From Ptychomitrium polyphyllum (taxonomy: Eukaryota), in assembly GCA_973851085.1 (NCBI GenBank), contig OZ316776.1, positions 6,138,001 to 6,202,000 on the forward strand: 64,000 bases of DNA, given 5' to 3'. The notes beneath the pieces are model-generated. The model searched no databases. It was not told the origin of the DNA and saw nothing but the letters and a program-made list of their open reading frames with translations. This document shows positions 1 to 13,400 of the stretch, one piece after another; the first letter of the stretch is position 1; each line of letters opens with the position of its first letter. The position numbers and the translations under genes are program-made.

Positions 1-3000
1 GCAACGGCATGTTTTATGGACAAGGATTTTGCAACCAAACATCACATGGTGCTTGTGAAGAAAAGATATCCCGCACCTGTTGAAGTTATTGATGGACGAA
101 CTCCTGCGTCTGGCAATGTTATTGATATAACTCAACCATTGGAGGTTGTTTTAGGAGACTAGGCATCTAAGATTGTCTTCATCATTCAATGCCGAACAAA
201 TCCTATTGCTTTGGACCATCATTTATTGGAGCTAAGGCATTCATGAAAGCGGCAAAAGATGAACCAATCTATGCCGTTTATGCCACGCCAATGTCTAGCT
301 CAACAATAGAGACTAATCAAAACATACCTCGTCAATCTCAAGATTATAAAGACGTTTTTGAAAAGAAGAATACGGACATGTTACCAAAGCATCGGCCTTA
401 TGATTGTACCATTGAATTGCAAGAAGGAGCTCAACCACCTTTTGGACTTATTTATAACTTATCACAAACTAAGTTGGCTGTCTTAAGAGATTATATTGAT
501 GAAAACCTCGGAAAGGGTTTCATTCAACGCTCTAAATCACCAGCTGGGACACCCATTCTATTTGTAAAGAAGAAAGATGGATCATTACGTATGTGTGTGG
601 ACTATCGAGGCCTCAATAAAGTAACAAAAAAGAAATACTATCCATTACCATTAATCTCAGGACTCCTATAACAACTTGGCCAAGCAAAGATATTCACCAA
701 AATTGATCTTAGAGGAGCCTACAATCTTGTACGCATCTAAGAAGGAGACGAATGGAAGACAGCTTTTCGATCTAGGTATGGTCATTTTGAATACAATGTC
801 ATGCCTTTTGGCCTTACTAATGTTCTTGCAGTCTTCCAACATATGATGAATGATATCTTCCATGAACATCTAGATGATTTTGTAGTCATCTACTTAGATG
901 ATATTTTGATATATTCAAAGGATAAAGAAGACCACAAATGTCATGTACGACTGGTCTTAGAAAAATTACGCCAGCGAGGATTATATGCCAAATTGAAGAA
1001 GTGCCTTTTCCATGAATCCTCGGTTGAAGTTTTAGGCTACATCATTTTTAAAGGAAGAATCCATATGGATAAGAAGAAAATAAGCACTGTCATAGAGTGG
1101 AGTACGCCAAGATCAATTCAAGATGTTCAATGCTTCTTGGAATTTGCAAACTTCTACAGGATATTCATCAAAAATTATTTCAAGATTGCGGCACCATTAA
1201 CACGTCTTACGGGGAAGCAAAAATTCATTTGGGATGAAGAGGCGGAAAAAGCATTTCAAAGTCATAAGAAGTCATTCACGACGGCTCCAATTCTTATTCA
1301 TCCAAATCCATCAAAGCCTGTTTATTTGGAAGCGGATGCCTTAGATTTTGCGCTTGGCTCAATACTCTTTCAATATGATGAAGACGGGAGACTTCACCCT
1401 CTTGTCTTTTGTTCAAGGAAGTTTTCAATGGCAGAGATCAACTATGATATACATGATAAAGAATTACTTGCAATTGTGGATGCGATTGAAGAATGGCGAC
1501 ACTTATTGGAAGGAATTCAACATACCATCACGATATACACAGACCACAAGAACTTGGAGTATGTTATGAGTGCGTGTGTTTTGAATCGTTGTCAAGTAAG
1601 GTGGAGTATGTTGCTTTCTAGATTTGACTTCGCCATTATCTATCGATCTGGTAGCCTGCAAGATAAGCCAGATGCTTTATTTCAAAGATCTTATTTAGCT
1701 CCCCAACCTGGAGATGATGTTTTAAATCAATAAAGGACAATTTTATTGAAACCAGAGAATCTTCAATTGAAAGCAACAATTATAACGACAACATCCCATC
1801 GTGACGAAATTCGGAAGGCTTTGAAGAATGTCGTCTTTGTTTCAAATAAAAGAAGCGCCTCAAAGACAATGGAGGCCCTTCAAATAGCGATGAAAACATT
1901 GAAATCTAAGAGGGTTTACTTTATTATATAGGACTTTTGTACCTACCTCTAGGCCCTTCGCGGTTGAAGATCCTTCAAGCACGTCATGATTTTCCAGCAG
2001 CAGGACATTTTGGATTCAATAAAACAATGGAGTTGATTGCTAGAGACTATTGGTGGCCACAAATGTGAAAGTACGTAAAGGACTTTATTCGATCATGCGA
2101 CACTTGTGCAAGAGCCAAGGTACCAAGGCACCAACCTCATGGTCTACTCCATCCGCTTCCAGTGCCAAAGGGCTTATGTTTGTCTTTATCAATGGATTTT
2201 ATTACGGACCTTCCAAATTCCGATTCTAAGGATTCTATTTTGGTAGTAGTGGATCGATTTACCAAAATGGCACATTTCATTCCATGCAATAAGACGATAA
2301 CGGGAGAAGAAACTGCCAAGTTGTTCATAAATCACATCTACAGCATACATGGACTACCAGTTGATATTTGTATCTGATCGAGGGCCGCAGTTCATTTCCA
2401 ACTTTTGGAGGGCTCTATTCCAGCTGTTGCGTGTAAAGATCAATCTTTCTTCAGCACACCATCCGCAAACTGATGGCTAAACCGAACGCGTGAATCAAAT
2501 TTTGGAGCAGTACCTTTGTTGTAGCATAAACTACCAGCAAGACAACTGGATGGACCTCTTGCCTTTGGCAGAATTTGCTTACAACAATACGATGCATTCT
2601 TCAACAATTCAAAGTCCATTGTTTGCAAACTATGACCATCATCCTCAAGTTTGCAAGTGAAGCATGTTGGAAGTCTTGTAGCAAAGGAATTTGCAATTCA
2701 ACTTGTTAAAATCCATCAAGAAATTACCTTTCAGTTATAACAAGCTCAAAATCGTTACAAAACTAATGCAGATCGCCATCGGAAGGACCATCCAAATTTC
2801 AAGGTTGGAGATAGCATATGGCTCCTACTACGAAATATACAAACAAAAAGACCATCAAAGAAGTTGGACTATCAAAGGCTTGGACCATTTGAAATCAGCA
2901 AGTAGATAAATCCGGTTAGTTATCGCCTAAAGCTACCACCAAGCATACAAATTCATCTAGTATTCCACGTATCGTTGTTGGAAACCTATAACAAATCATG

Positions 3001-3235
3001 TATATCAGAGAGAATTGTCCCTCCGCCTCCTCCGTTGGAAATCAATAATGAAATTGAATATGAAGTGGAAGAGATCTTAGATTCACGCATCAAGATCGGA
3101 TGTGTGGAGTACCTTATACATTGGCAAGGATATGGCATCAATGACCAAACATGGGAACCTTCAATGAATGTAACAAATGCATCCGAGAAGGTACGCAAAT
3201 TTCATCAAATATATTCTCAGAAACCAGGTCAGTGA
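1..3235 (+). pseudogene. pol: Disrupted pol polyprotein (PR-RT-RNaseH-IN-chromodomain)
   Basis: ORF fragments 189-671, 801-1733, 2162-2377 and 2975-3235 carry the motifs. They are broken by stops (e.g. TAA 669-671, TAA 1731-1733) and frameshifts. Confidence 0.93.
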
Positions 3236-3889
3236 TGATGTGTCATCAGCAGCCGTTAGCTTCACAGAGAAGTTTTTCCTTCATAGACAAGTATAAGAAG
3301 GGAGGAGAGATATCCAAACCTCCAATTGTATGCAGCATTATTTCCAAGATAGATCATTTCTAGATCCTAGCCAGTATGTCAAATCTTCGTGTTATCATGG
3401 ATATGCGTGAAGAGCAATCGGCCATGCCTTCATCAACAACAGCATCTGTTGAGCCAACTCAACTTTCTCAGCCCTCGGTAATGGAGGATCTAAGTCAAGA
3501 TATGAGAGGGACATCCCAACGTCGAGTACGACCTCGTGTAGAAGTATTGACTAGTCGCCCTTCACATTCCAGTCTTGATTCAGATGCTCGCGCTCTAATC
3601 ATCTAGTTAGAAATTGGAAGAGTCACTCCTAGAGGACCTGAAACCTTGTTTGAAGGATGTTTTGAAGGAACTAATCAAGATCAAATCTTGGGATGGAACA
3701 TTTCAACAACAGAAGTCTTAGCTGGTGACCATCGACGTTTCTTGCAAGAACCAATTGAGCCAGTGAACAGAGAACAACGAGCAGAGTATGTTGCTTCACT
3801 CCTTTGACAAATTTTGGAATTTGTAGAAATGTGACAAGCAAGCCAAGAAAATAACTCCTCATGGGACTCGTCGCTAAATCGGGAGGTGA

Positions 3890-4465
3890 TGTCACGGACA
3901 TAAATCATGCAACATAGTCTTTAGAACATTCTAGAACCTCCTAGTATACTATAATATCTTCTTAGAATACTTTTAGATGTCTCTATAGTTTTTTCCATGT
4001 TCTTAGGAAGCTAGCTAGGAAAGTCGCTCCTCCTTTGGAAACTTCCTAGGAAGGTTCCATCACCTTAAGAAACTTCCTAGGAAGGTTCTACCTCTTGAAG
4101 AAACTTCCTAAGAAGGTTCCGCTACCTTAGGAAACTTCCAAGGAAGGTTCCAACTCCTTGGAATCCAAAGAAGGTTTCAACATCTTAGGAAACTTCTTGG
4201 AAAGGTTCCTTAGACTTCCAGAACCTTCTTAAGCCTTGTAGAAAGCTTCTTTAGAAGTATCCTAGGAGATACAAACGTCCCAGTATAAATAAGAGGCAAG
4301 ACAAGGTATTCTTTAGTCTTGCCAACACAAGTTGTAGATTATCTTGAATCTTGCCTTGTTTGAGTCTTTGTATCAAAGTTCTTGTTAATCATTGGCTCTT
4401 TAGAAGCTAATTCTTGGGAAACACTTCGTTTGTGCTTCTTGTTTCTTGTGTCCCTAGTATATACA
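3890..4465 (+). repeat. 3' LTR of the chromovirus element
   Basis: Starts TGTCAC at 3890 directly after purine tract GGGAGGTGA (3881-3889). TATA-like TATAAATA near 4285. Probable end ...TATACA at 4465. The right boundary is inferred because the 5' LTR is not in the window. Confidence 0.75.
4038..4215. repeat. About six imperfect ~30-bp tandem repeats inside the LTR (core GAAACTTCCTAGGAAGGTTC)
   Basis: The core recurs near 4038, 4069, 4100, 4131 and 4188, with a more diverged copy near 4161. Confidence 0.85.
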
Positions 4466-7400
4466 ATGAGATATTATCTAATGAAAAGCTGCCTTCTTAT
4501 TTAAATAAGAGCGGCCAAAAGAGAAGAAGAGGGTTGTGGTCAAATCATCACATCTGCCTCTTATCACTTTACATCAGCTTCATTTCTCCACATCAACCTT
4601 TATTCTCTTTTCTTAAGCCATTATTTAATCTTATCTTCAAAAAAAAATACAATCCAAATTTTATTTTATTTTATTTTCTTTATTTTCTTTCTTTTAATTA
4701 AAACTTCTAGGTTCAAACTATAAAAGAATACAAAATCAATCTTTACAAATTTGAAATACAAACTAAAAAACTAAAATAAAAATTTAAAAAAAATTAAAAA
4801 ATAAAAATTTAACAAAAAAATCAAGGTAAGAATAATACCATTGTCAAGGTAGAATCAAACACCAAGTTATGAACTTGGTTGATTGAATAAGTTTCAACTC
4901 CTAAACTGGTCCGAATTTTATTCTTGTTGGATTCGTTGAATAGAACGACAACACTTGACTTGGTATTGCTAGCAAGAATGGTAGGCAAGAAAATATTACA
5001 GTCAACTGTCTTATTCATTCTAAACTAAGACAAGATGCGGTTCTTCCTTTAAGATAAATAAAATCGTAGTATCACTACGACCTCTTTTAATCTAATTATT
5101 TCTCTTTTTCAATATTCTTTTCAAAATATAATAATTTAAATTCTACAAAACAACAAATATTAGTTAAATTTTAAGCAATTCAATTGAATACCTCACGACA
5201 ACATTCTATTAATCAATTTGTTTAATAAAATATCTTTTTATTTGACAAAATATATCTTTTAATAAATACAAAAAAAAACATGCTTTAAAAATATGTGGCA
5301 TATGTAATATGCCTTGTTAATCACTTATATGTTATAAATTAAAAAAACACATAGCATATGCCATGCAATTGGATAAACAAGAATGTTTTGTTGTATTTTA
5401 AAGAAATTTCTAGTTTTTTGCTTTTAAAACATATTAATAATTTTTTTTTTTTGATGAAATTATAGTATTCAATAAGCTTTCAAATAAAACAATCAAATAG
5501 AAAATATAAAATAATAATTAAAATTTAAAAGCAATCATTGTATCTATATTTAAGACAAAACAATACTTTAATTTTTACTATTAAATCAACATATCTACAA
5601 ATAAAAGATGTATAAGTAAACTTTTGTTGTTGCGTAGAATAATTTGTTTTGGACTTGTTTATATGGTCTACAAAAGTGCCACTTATTGCAATAAGAAGAT
5701 TTTGAATATAAAATTTTAAAAAATTTATTTAAAGTCAAATATTCCATATATGTGAGAAAACATGTTCAAAAATCAAGGTCCTTTTATATAATTTTTAATA
5801 AGAAATAATATTATAACTTCTAATGTTATATAGTGCCATTTAAAAAAAATTTAAGATGCAATTTAAAATAATAAGAATTATAAATAATTTCAAAATTTAC
5901 CTTTTCATTGGAAAAAAATGTGTTGTAATATATATGCTCTTGCAGAGTTAGAAGTGAAACGTAGAATTGATAAATGAAGATTGTTTTTTTTCGTTAATTT
6001 TGTAATAAATAGATTTTAATGTTTTCTAATTTTAATTAATTCTTAGAACATGAAAAAATTTAGTTATTTGTGAAAGGTTGCTAGCTTTGCAGTTGCAATT
6101 TTCATTGTTTAGATGATTTTAGTAATTTGTTGTTGCATTTGCTGTTTACTTTAAGTATATTTCAATTGCCATGCAATATATGCGGTAGTATATGTTCTAT
6201 TTTTTTTACTTAATATGGCATAATTCTTTATCCTAGTTGTGCATTTATTGCTTGCTTCTATGATATCATCAAATCTTAGCAAGTTTTTTGCAAAATATGT
6301 CATGTTTATAATTTATATAGAGGCTTCTATATTTCATCCATTTTCTAATTATAAAAAATAATACATTAAGAAATTTTATAAACTTTGGAAATAATTTTCA
6401 CAACATGGCAGTCTAAAAATTCCACAAGTTATATCCTTAAGAAATCACATAGATTTCATATGTAGGTTTTTAAATGAATTTTAAATGGCTTATCTAGGAA
6501 ATTGATTTTGAATAATTATAAAGAAATTAAAAGAGATATGTTTAACTTCTTCCAATTAAAAATTACATAAAGTTTTTAGTTATATGTCTAATACAATAGG
6601 TATAGATTAAACCAAATATCTAAATTATATGACTTTTTCCTATAGATTATGCTTCTTATATGATGATGCATTTACTACAATGAACTTATCTTTAATTAGT
6701 TCAAGAACTTCAAAATCAAAGAAATTTCTATCAAAATCCATCCATTTTTTACAATATAAGCTTGGATTTTGAAAAATCCTAATAGAGCATGAAAAATATT
6801 CATAACAAATTAAAATTTTTAAAATCAAATAAATATTTTTTTGAAAGAGGTCCAAACACAAGTTTTTTTTGTCATTTAAATTTAAAAATGTAAAATATGA
6901 TAATAGACTCACACTTCAAATGATTTATCTTTGTAATCCTAGGTTTTCTTTCATAAATTTGGCTATATAGAAAAAACTTTCAACATCCTATTTTTTGTGT
7001 TTGTATAAGCTACAAATGTTTTTAGAATAACATTAAATTTGAAAATGAAGTGTTGATAATAATGTTTACAAATGAGAAAAAAAAAAAGATTCATTAATAA
7101 TTAAGATGCTAGAATAAGTGGCGCATTTTTTAAAAAAAGGATGGTATGAATTGTTAAATAATGTGATGCTTTATTACCTAAAATAATACAAGCTTGTAAA
7201 TTATATAAGCATTTGTTACTTACTAGGGTGTTATTTTGTTTAAAATGGAGAAAATTGGGGTTTTTAAAGCATCTAAATTAATGTGGATTTTTTAATTATT
7301 TTTTTATATATTAATGGATGCATTTTCAAATATTGTAATTTTCCTCTAATAATGTGACCTAAGTTACGTAGTAATGATTGTTTATAATTTCTTATTCTAA

Positions 7401-10400
7401 TTCAACCATACTCTAAATGGATAGTTTTTCAAGCTATTTGGTTAAACTACAATACGAATTTGTTACATAAAGTCACTCTATCCATTGTAAAAGACTACAT
7501 TTGCCACTCAATACTTTTTACACTGTTCTAGATTTTTTGATCAAAAAGCATGCTTGTATGTGGTGTGACTTTCTTTAATCCTCACACTCCAAGGATCTTT
7601 GAAATTTGGCATTTGAAAAATATGTGGTACAATTTTGACTTTGACAACTTTTTTAGTAAATTTATTTAAACCAAATTCAGTATTTATTCAAAGTAAAATT
7701 TATATTTGAAAATTTACTTTTATTATCATTGATGTTATAATACTCCATATGTACCTCTCATTCTTGACAATTGTTATTTTTTTCAACTTTCACCAAAGAT
7801 TAATGTTATCTACATAAATGTGATTTATAAAATCAACCCTCTCCATTTGTTACATGTTATATCTCTTGAAATGCTATTGTTTTCCTGCTCCAGAGGTCTA
7901 ACATTTAAAAAGGGTCAACTGTAATTGGCTTGGCTTGCAAATGGGAGAGTGTGCCCTAACAACTAACCGAGAATAGATTATGAAGCCTGCGCACATGCTT
8001 GAATGCTTGAAATACTCACCCTCAGATTACTTTACTTCTGTGTTTAAGAAATGTGACTATTCACAATCCTTACAAAGTGATCCATTGAAAGAAGGACGTA
8101 TAAGTTCTGTGCTGGTGCATTAGGAGCATATGGGGCCACGTGCCAGAGAAGGGCATAATTTTATGTCTTTATGACATTTGGTACAAGTTTGTCAGGACAT
8201 TTTGTTTCTGGGTAATTCAAAATCAAAGGGTGGCCCCCACCAAGCTCTGGGAATGGGAATGGGTGTAATAGACGAATGGCATCTAAAAGTATCCCTATCC
8301 CTAAAAGCATCTCTACATCTACTTTGACAAGGATGTCAACTTTTGAAAATAGAACTCAGGCCCTCTCCACATTCACTATCTTCAAATGGTTTGGCGTCAA
8401 GTACAATTTTTTAAATTTTTACACTGTTTTTGAAGTGTTTGGTGCATGATATAAAAGCAGTTATCAAAAGTTAAAGAGGCTAATCGTAAAAATATTATAT
8501 CTTGAAGCTGTATGAAATAGTGTTTTTGGAACTCAAGGAAAATATATCATTGTTGTGGGAGGAATTTGAAAATCCTTTCATTAAAGGACTTGCAACTTCA
8601 TTGATTTTGATTTTATAACAAAGTTTATAACAAAGATGCAAATGTTGTTTTAATATGGATAAAGATACTTTCTATTTCTATTTTGAGTTGAATAAATTGT
8701 GGTTAGAGGAACTAATTCTAAGCCTTTGCATTAAAGAGATTCAAAGTAAAAGATTGCTTATTTTACCTAAAATAACTATTATAAAATATTGAGTTTCATC
8801 AAAAATCTAAATCTTTGGTAGAATTTGGCGTTTTTTTAATTAGCATATATAATCATTTGCATTAGTACAAAATAGATTATATATTTGAATCAAATTGGTT
8901 AAAAATGAGTGGTTTCTTATAATTAGCTTCCAAATTGTCTTTATTACAATTTATAGTTTAACATAGGAATTGCTAATTACAAAGAAACAAACCATACGTA
9001 TCAAACCGTTATTTTTTTGGATCATTAAAAACCTCTAATATTCAATGGTAAAAAATAGTCAATGTTTGTAAGATATAATTCACCAAAATTTCATTTACAA
9101 AAGAGATGTAGAATGATTTAAAAAATATTCATATCATTGTGGATGTAAAATCATATAATTATATATGTAAACTAGATCATCAATAATGTTATACCAATGA
9201 CATCTTTTACTACAAGCTTTAGTTTATTATAAACCACAATAATGTTCAAGTTAATTATATGGTATATTATACTTTATTTTGAGATATTTCAACATTTTTA
9301 AAAAAATTCTTGTATTTCAATGCAAGGATTAGTTGCTTAATTTCCAAAACGTTATTTTATTTATTGCTATAAATATATATCAAAAATCGAAAAAATGGTA
9401 CCTTTAAATGTCTATTTCATCAAATATTGATTGATTTGTAACAGACATCATATATCAATTTCATAATTAATGTAATCTAATACTTTCATTCTTTTCTTCT
9501 TTGCATATTCCATTAAAAATTAATATCATTTTGAGACGTATTTTTAGCAATTGCAATTCGTCCTTTTCAAAAAAAAATGTTTAATTGATACAATTCCATT
9601 ATTCATGATTTTTCATTTGCCAGGATTTCGATACAATGTTTTTCATTCTATATGCCCCACACATACCCTGAGATGCTTCTAAGCATGTCCAATTTCTTTG
9701 CTTGTGTTATCCAAAAGGGGCCTGGTTGGTTGGTGAAGATCATCGTCAGAGTATTACAATATAAGGTAGGTGTATCAAAAAATTATTCCTCTTCACTACC
9801 CTCCAAGATAATAAGGTTACAAATCCTGGACAGTAGTCGAGAGAGAGCTTTCTAAAAAGAGACTCATTTTGATATACTTTCCTTACGAAGAAGGCACAAA
9901 ATACTGTAGTGATTTCTGGATCCCGGCTTAGCCTTGCAGCCAATAAGGCAAAAGGTTCGCTGGACATCGAATTAATACAATGGATTCGAGATCCTCCATA
10001 TGGCCGCATTGGGCCAATGGCAGTGTTGCCGACCTAACCGGGTCTGCGGTGCTAGCAATATTGCCAGGCATAGGGAAAGCAACTGAGCCCGACGGTGGAT
10101 GCAGAGTAGGACAGTACTACGGCTCTGTTAATCTGCGTATTGATAATGCTTGCAGTCTTGTGATAAGCTGGCTGATTAACCTCAGCATGCGGTACCCTGG
10201 TACTTATGACTTCAGCTTACTGTCCACCTGATCAGAGTCTCAGCTGAGCTTGCAGAGTGCAAATGAATCCCATCAGTCTAGACCTGTAATCTGTTAGCTG
10301 CCTCTTCCCGTTCCTGTGCGGTTGTACTGTCTTTTTGCAATGAATTCGTGTTTCATTGTGCCTAAATAAAAGAAAAAAGAAGAAAATGAATCTCACCGAG

Positions 10401-13400
10401 TGGGGCCAGCTTGATGCCCAGGCCCTGACAGTGGCGTTTGCTCAAAGCACCAGGGCCCAACTGCCTAAAAGCTGTCCTGGTTGATATCATTCGCAACCAT
10501 CAGACCAACTTCTGGTCACCTGGATAAAGAAATCTACTGACGGCTAATATTGTCAGGTCACTTGCAGATTACTTCAGTTTCTTTTTCTATCTTTCTTTTC
10601 TTCGTTTCTTTGTTTTCTGAAACCTTCCTCTTCCAGATCTCTGTAGTTTGAACTTGTGCACAACCTTACCATTCCTTTGTCCTACTTCCGATGAGGTTAG
10701 TTTTTACGAAGAAGGCACAGAAAACTGTAGTGATTTCGATGAGGTTAGTTGATACGTCATCATACGACAGTCTTACAGCAAGCCAGCCCCAGTTTGATGC
10801 TTTCTCAAAGAAGGCTAACATCTTCATCATCTCAATGGGTTGGAAGTCAGAACTTGGCCCTTGAACTTGGTGATGGTCACACTGCATTAGCAAGCTGGAA
10901 ACAAGCTCTAGAAAGAACGCAAGCCTAGCGAATAGGTAGGACTGCCAACTCTGGAGGTGAAGTGCAGCAAGTGCTCATGTGTCGACCAGGAATAAACTTA
11001 ATAATGCACTTGGGACCAGCAACCTTCTGGAGCCAGGAAGACGAGGAGCTCCAGAGTATATAGAGAGCCTGCATCTGTGATGCTTGGAATTCTACGTGGC
11101 CCAGCATTCACCTCTAAGTCTTGGGCCCCACAGTCACGGTTCCAGTCCAACTCAACATCATGGTGGTGGGGACCTCGTGAGGAAAACCGGAAGAGTCATC
11201 GGTCCTCAGTGCTCCAAATTGGCTGGTCAGTTTTAAAAATATCTAAAATTCTTTTAAAAAGACGTTCCCGTTTCATGACCAGTTATCTTCCGCTCCATAC
11301 CATTTCAAAAGGCCAGAAATCCAGGTGCCTGCAGTTGTGAAAGATCAAACCGAGTCAGCACGTAGATTAGTTAATTAATTAACCCATAGAAGGAAACATT
11401 TGACGTCTATAACCGCCAGCAGGATACTTTGTCGTTTATTTGTGATCATTGCTAATAGATCTTGTGAGTGTCTGAGGTATGTCTATCGAATGGTCTCAGC
11501 CTGATACCAGTCAACGGCAAGAACGATGATTCGTGGGGAATTTGTGAAGCTTCACAGGGACCACAGCAGTGCATTCCACCAAATTGAAAGGTGTTGGAGG
11601 TTGATCGGTGTATCAGAATTACGACCTCTCTTGGATGCATCTTTTACAAGCAGATCTTGCGAAAGGTGATTTGTTGAGGAGGAGGGTGGCGAATAAGACA
11701 TCCAAAGTAACTTTCCAGTAGCCCCGCTTTAATAATAAAGAATCTATTTTTAGGGGATGCGGACATGCTTGCATGAAGTTAGATATTCAGATGCACTGCT
11801 GTGGTTCCTGCTGCGGTAAGGCTCTAGATGGCCGGTAAGTCAATGATAGCGGACATGCCAGCGGCGGACAAAGGGAAATCAGTGCCAAAAGTGGATAGCA
11901 ATCTGCAAAGTATGCTCTTGGCAATGCTTGCCAGTTGGAAATTCGAATTTACTTCAGTGCAGCTGACATCTGACCGAGCACTGCCGTACCCATACAAGAA
12001 TCTCCTTCAATAAGAAAACAACTTCCAAGTATGGTATTGAATGACCAAAGCTGCAAACTGTTTGTTGTTAGCTAAACGACAAGTTAGAGGCAAGGTAATG
12101 ATGTCAATGGTCAGGCTTTCGTCTTTATGCTGCTATCACCTGAATAAATGGAAATAAATGCTACCTTCTATTTGACTTCCACTTGCGTTGACATCTTCAT
12201 GTACTTGAAGTTGTTACGCTCGTACGCTCGAGTTTTGAAGCTTGTTCTGAGACTCGTCTGAAAAATAACTGCTCTTTTTTGATTGATTAGGTTGAGGAAT
12301 CAATTGCATTTAGCTGGTTTTGAACATTAAACATAAGTATTATCAAGTTCAAGTAATGACCATTACAATACATAGTTCATATTTTATGGAAAATTTGAAG
12401 ATTTATGTATGCAAGGCAAAAGTAGTTCAGAAAAACATTTGTTTCTTCTAAGTTGTTGCTTTTTTTTTCATCATTGGTGAGTTGTATGATTAAGAATGAT
12501 GAAACTGCCTTCTCTTGGTTGTTATGATAGATAATACAATACTAACAATTGAGGGATAACTCTCATAACTAAAGGTAAATATGTCGTTTAAAAAGATAAG
12601 TTTCTCTATTTTGTATAGCTAAATGTGTTTGTGCATCTATAAAACAACTACAAAGAGAAGAAGTGTCTTGAAAGAAACATCTCAAAGTAGACTAGAAGAA
12701 ATTCAAAAGTCTTCATAAAGCCAAAGAATTGCAATCAGAAGGCCTTTCAAGTATTGTTATGGGTGCCTTCAGAACCAATCTGATGATGTACCATATTTGC
12801 AACCTCTGAAATCTAGAGGTGTTGTCCTGTGAGCAGCGATGTGCAGTTACCTCAAATACTTACTTCTAGAAGTCTTATTGTGCATGTGGTCACTGCTTTG
12901 GAGTGGACTAAGCCTCTTAGAATGTGAATAAGTAGCATGTCTCAACCTCTCTGATCTGATCATACGTTGTCAATAAGGACTAGGTACTCTATCTGTCATC
13001 CTTAGAGATGCTCAGTCTCGTAGTGAACGAAGTGTCTGTTCAATAATCATGCATCTTAAAAGCAACTGCGCTTCTTTAGTAGCCAAATCAAAAAGAGCTA
13101 CTTAGAACATGTTCCAAACCAAGCGGGGGTTGATCAACATAAGCACGTTATTGAGTACACAAAATCTATCGGCCTAGAATTAGAGAGGAATTTGAACGAG
13201 AGGAATATATCAACCATGGAACAAGTCTCGACAGAAGTGATTTAATCAGCACCGACTGAATTTAGTGGTGTTTAAACTAAAGAAAATAGAGAGCGACTAG
13301 GATATATGATACGTCAAAGTCAAGAAAATTAAGTAGCGGCCCATGTTGCAACTGGAATGGGATCAGTTTGTTTGAGCGGGATTGTTTCAGTCGACCTTGT

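Larger units (their letters stand above)
1..4465 (+). mobile_element. Ty3/Gypsy chromovirus-type (Tcn1-like) LTR retrotransposon, decayed, 5' part outside the window
   Basis: Domains in pol order: protease tail (1-180), RT ([17 protein letters not shown]), RNase H (EADALDFALG, DKELLAI, TDHKNL), integrase (zinc-finger His/Cys remnants, SMDFITDLP, VVVDRFTKMAHF) and chromodomain (EYEVEEILD..EYLIHWQGY..TWEP) ending at 3235. Several premature stops and frameshifts. PPT and LTR follow. Confidence 0.95.

Noticed and set aside
4038..4215. Palindromic ~21-bp cores with short variable gaps as CRISPR-like
   Set aside because: Gaps are ~10 bp and similar to each other. It is an LTR-internal tandem repeat.
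5100..9600. AT-rich DNA as a specific DNA transposon remnant
   Set aside because: Probably decayed TE, but no motif, terminal repeat or target-site duplication could be supported by eye.
10297..10312. CTGCCTCTTCCC resembling part of miR408
   Set aside because: Only about 12 nt match and no complementary arm was found nearby.
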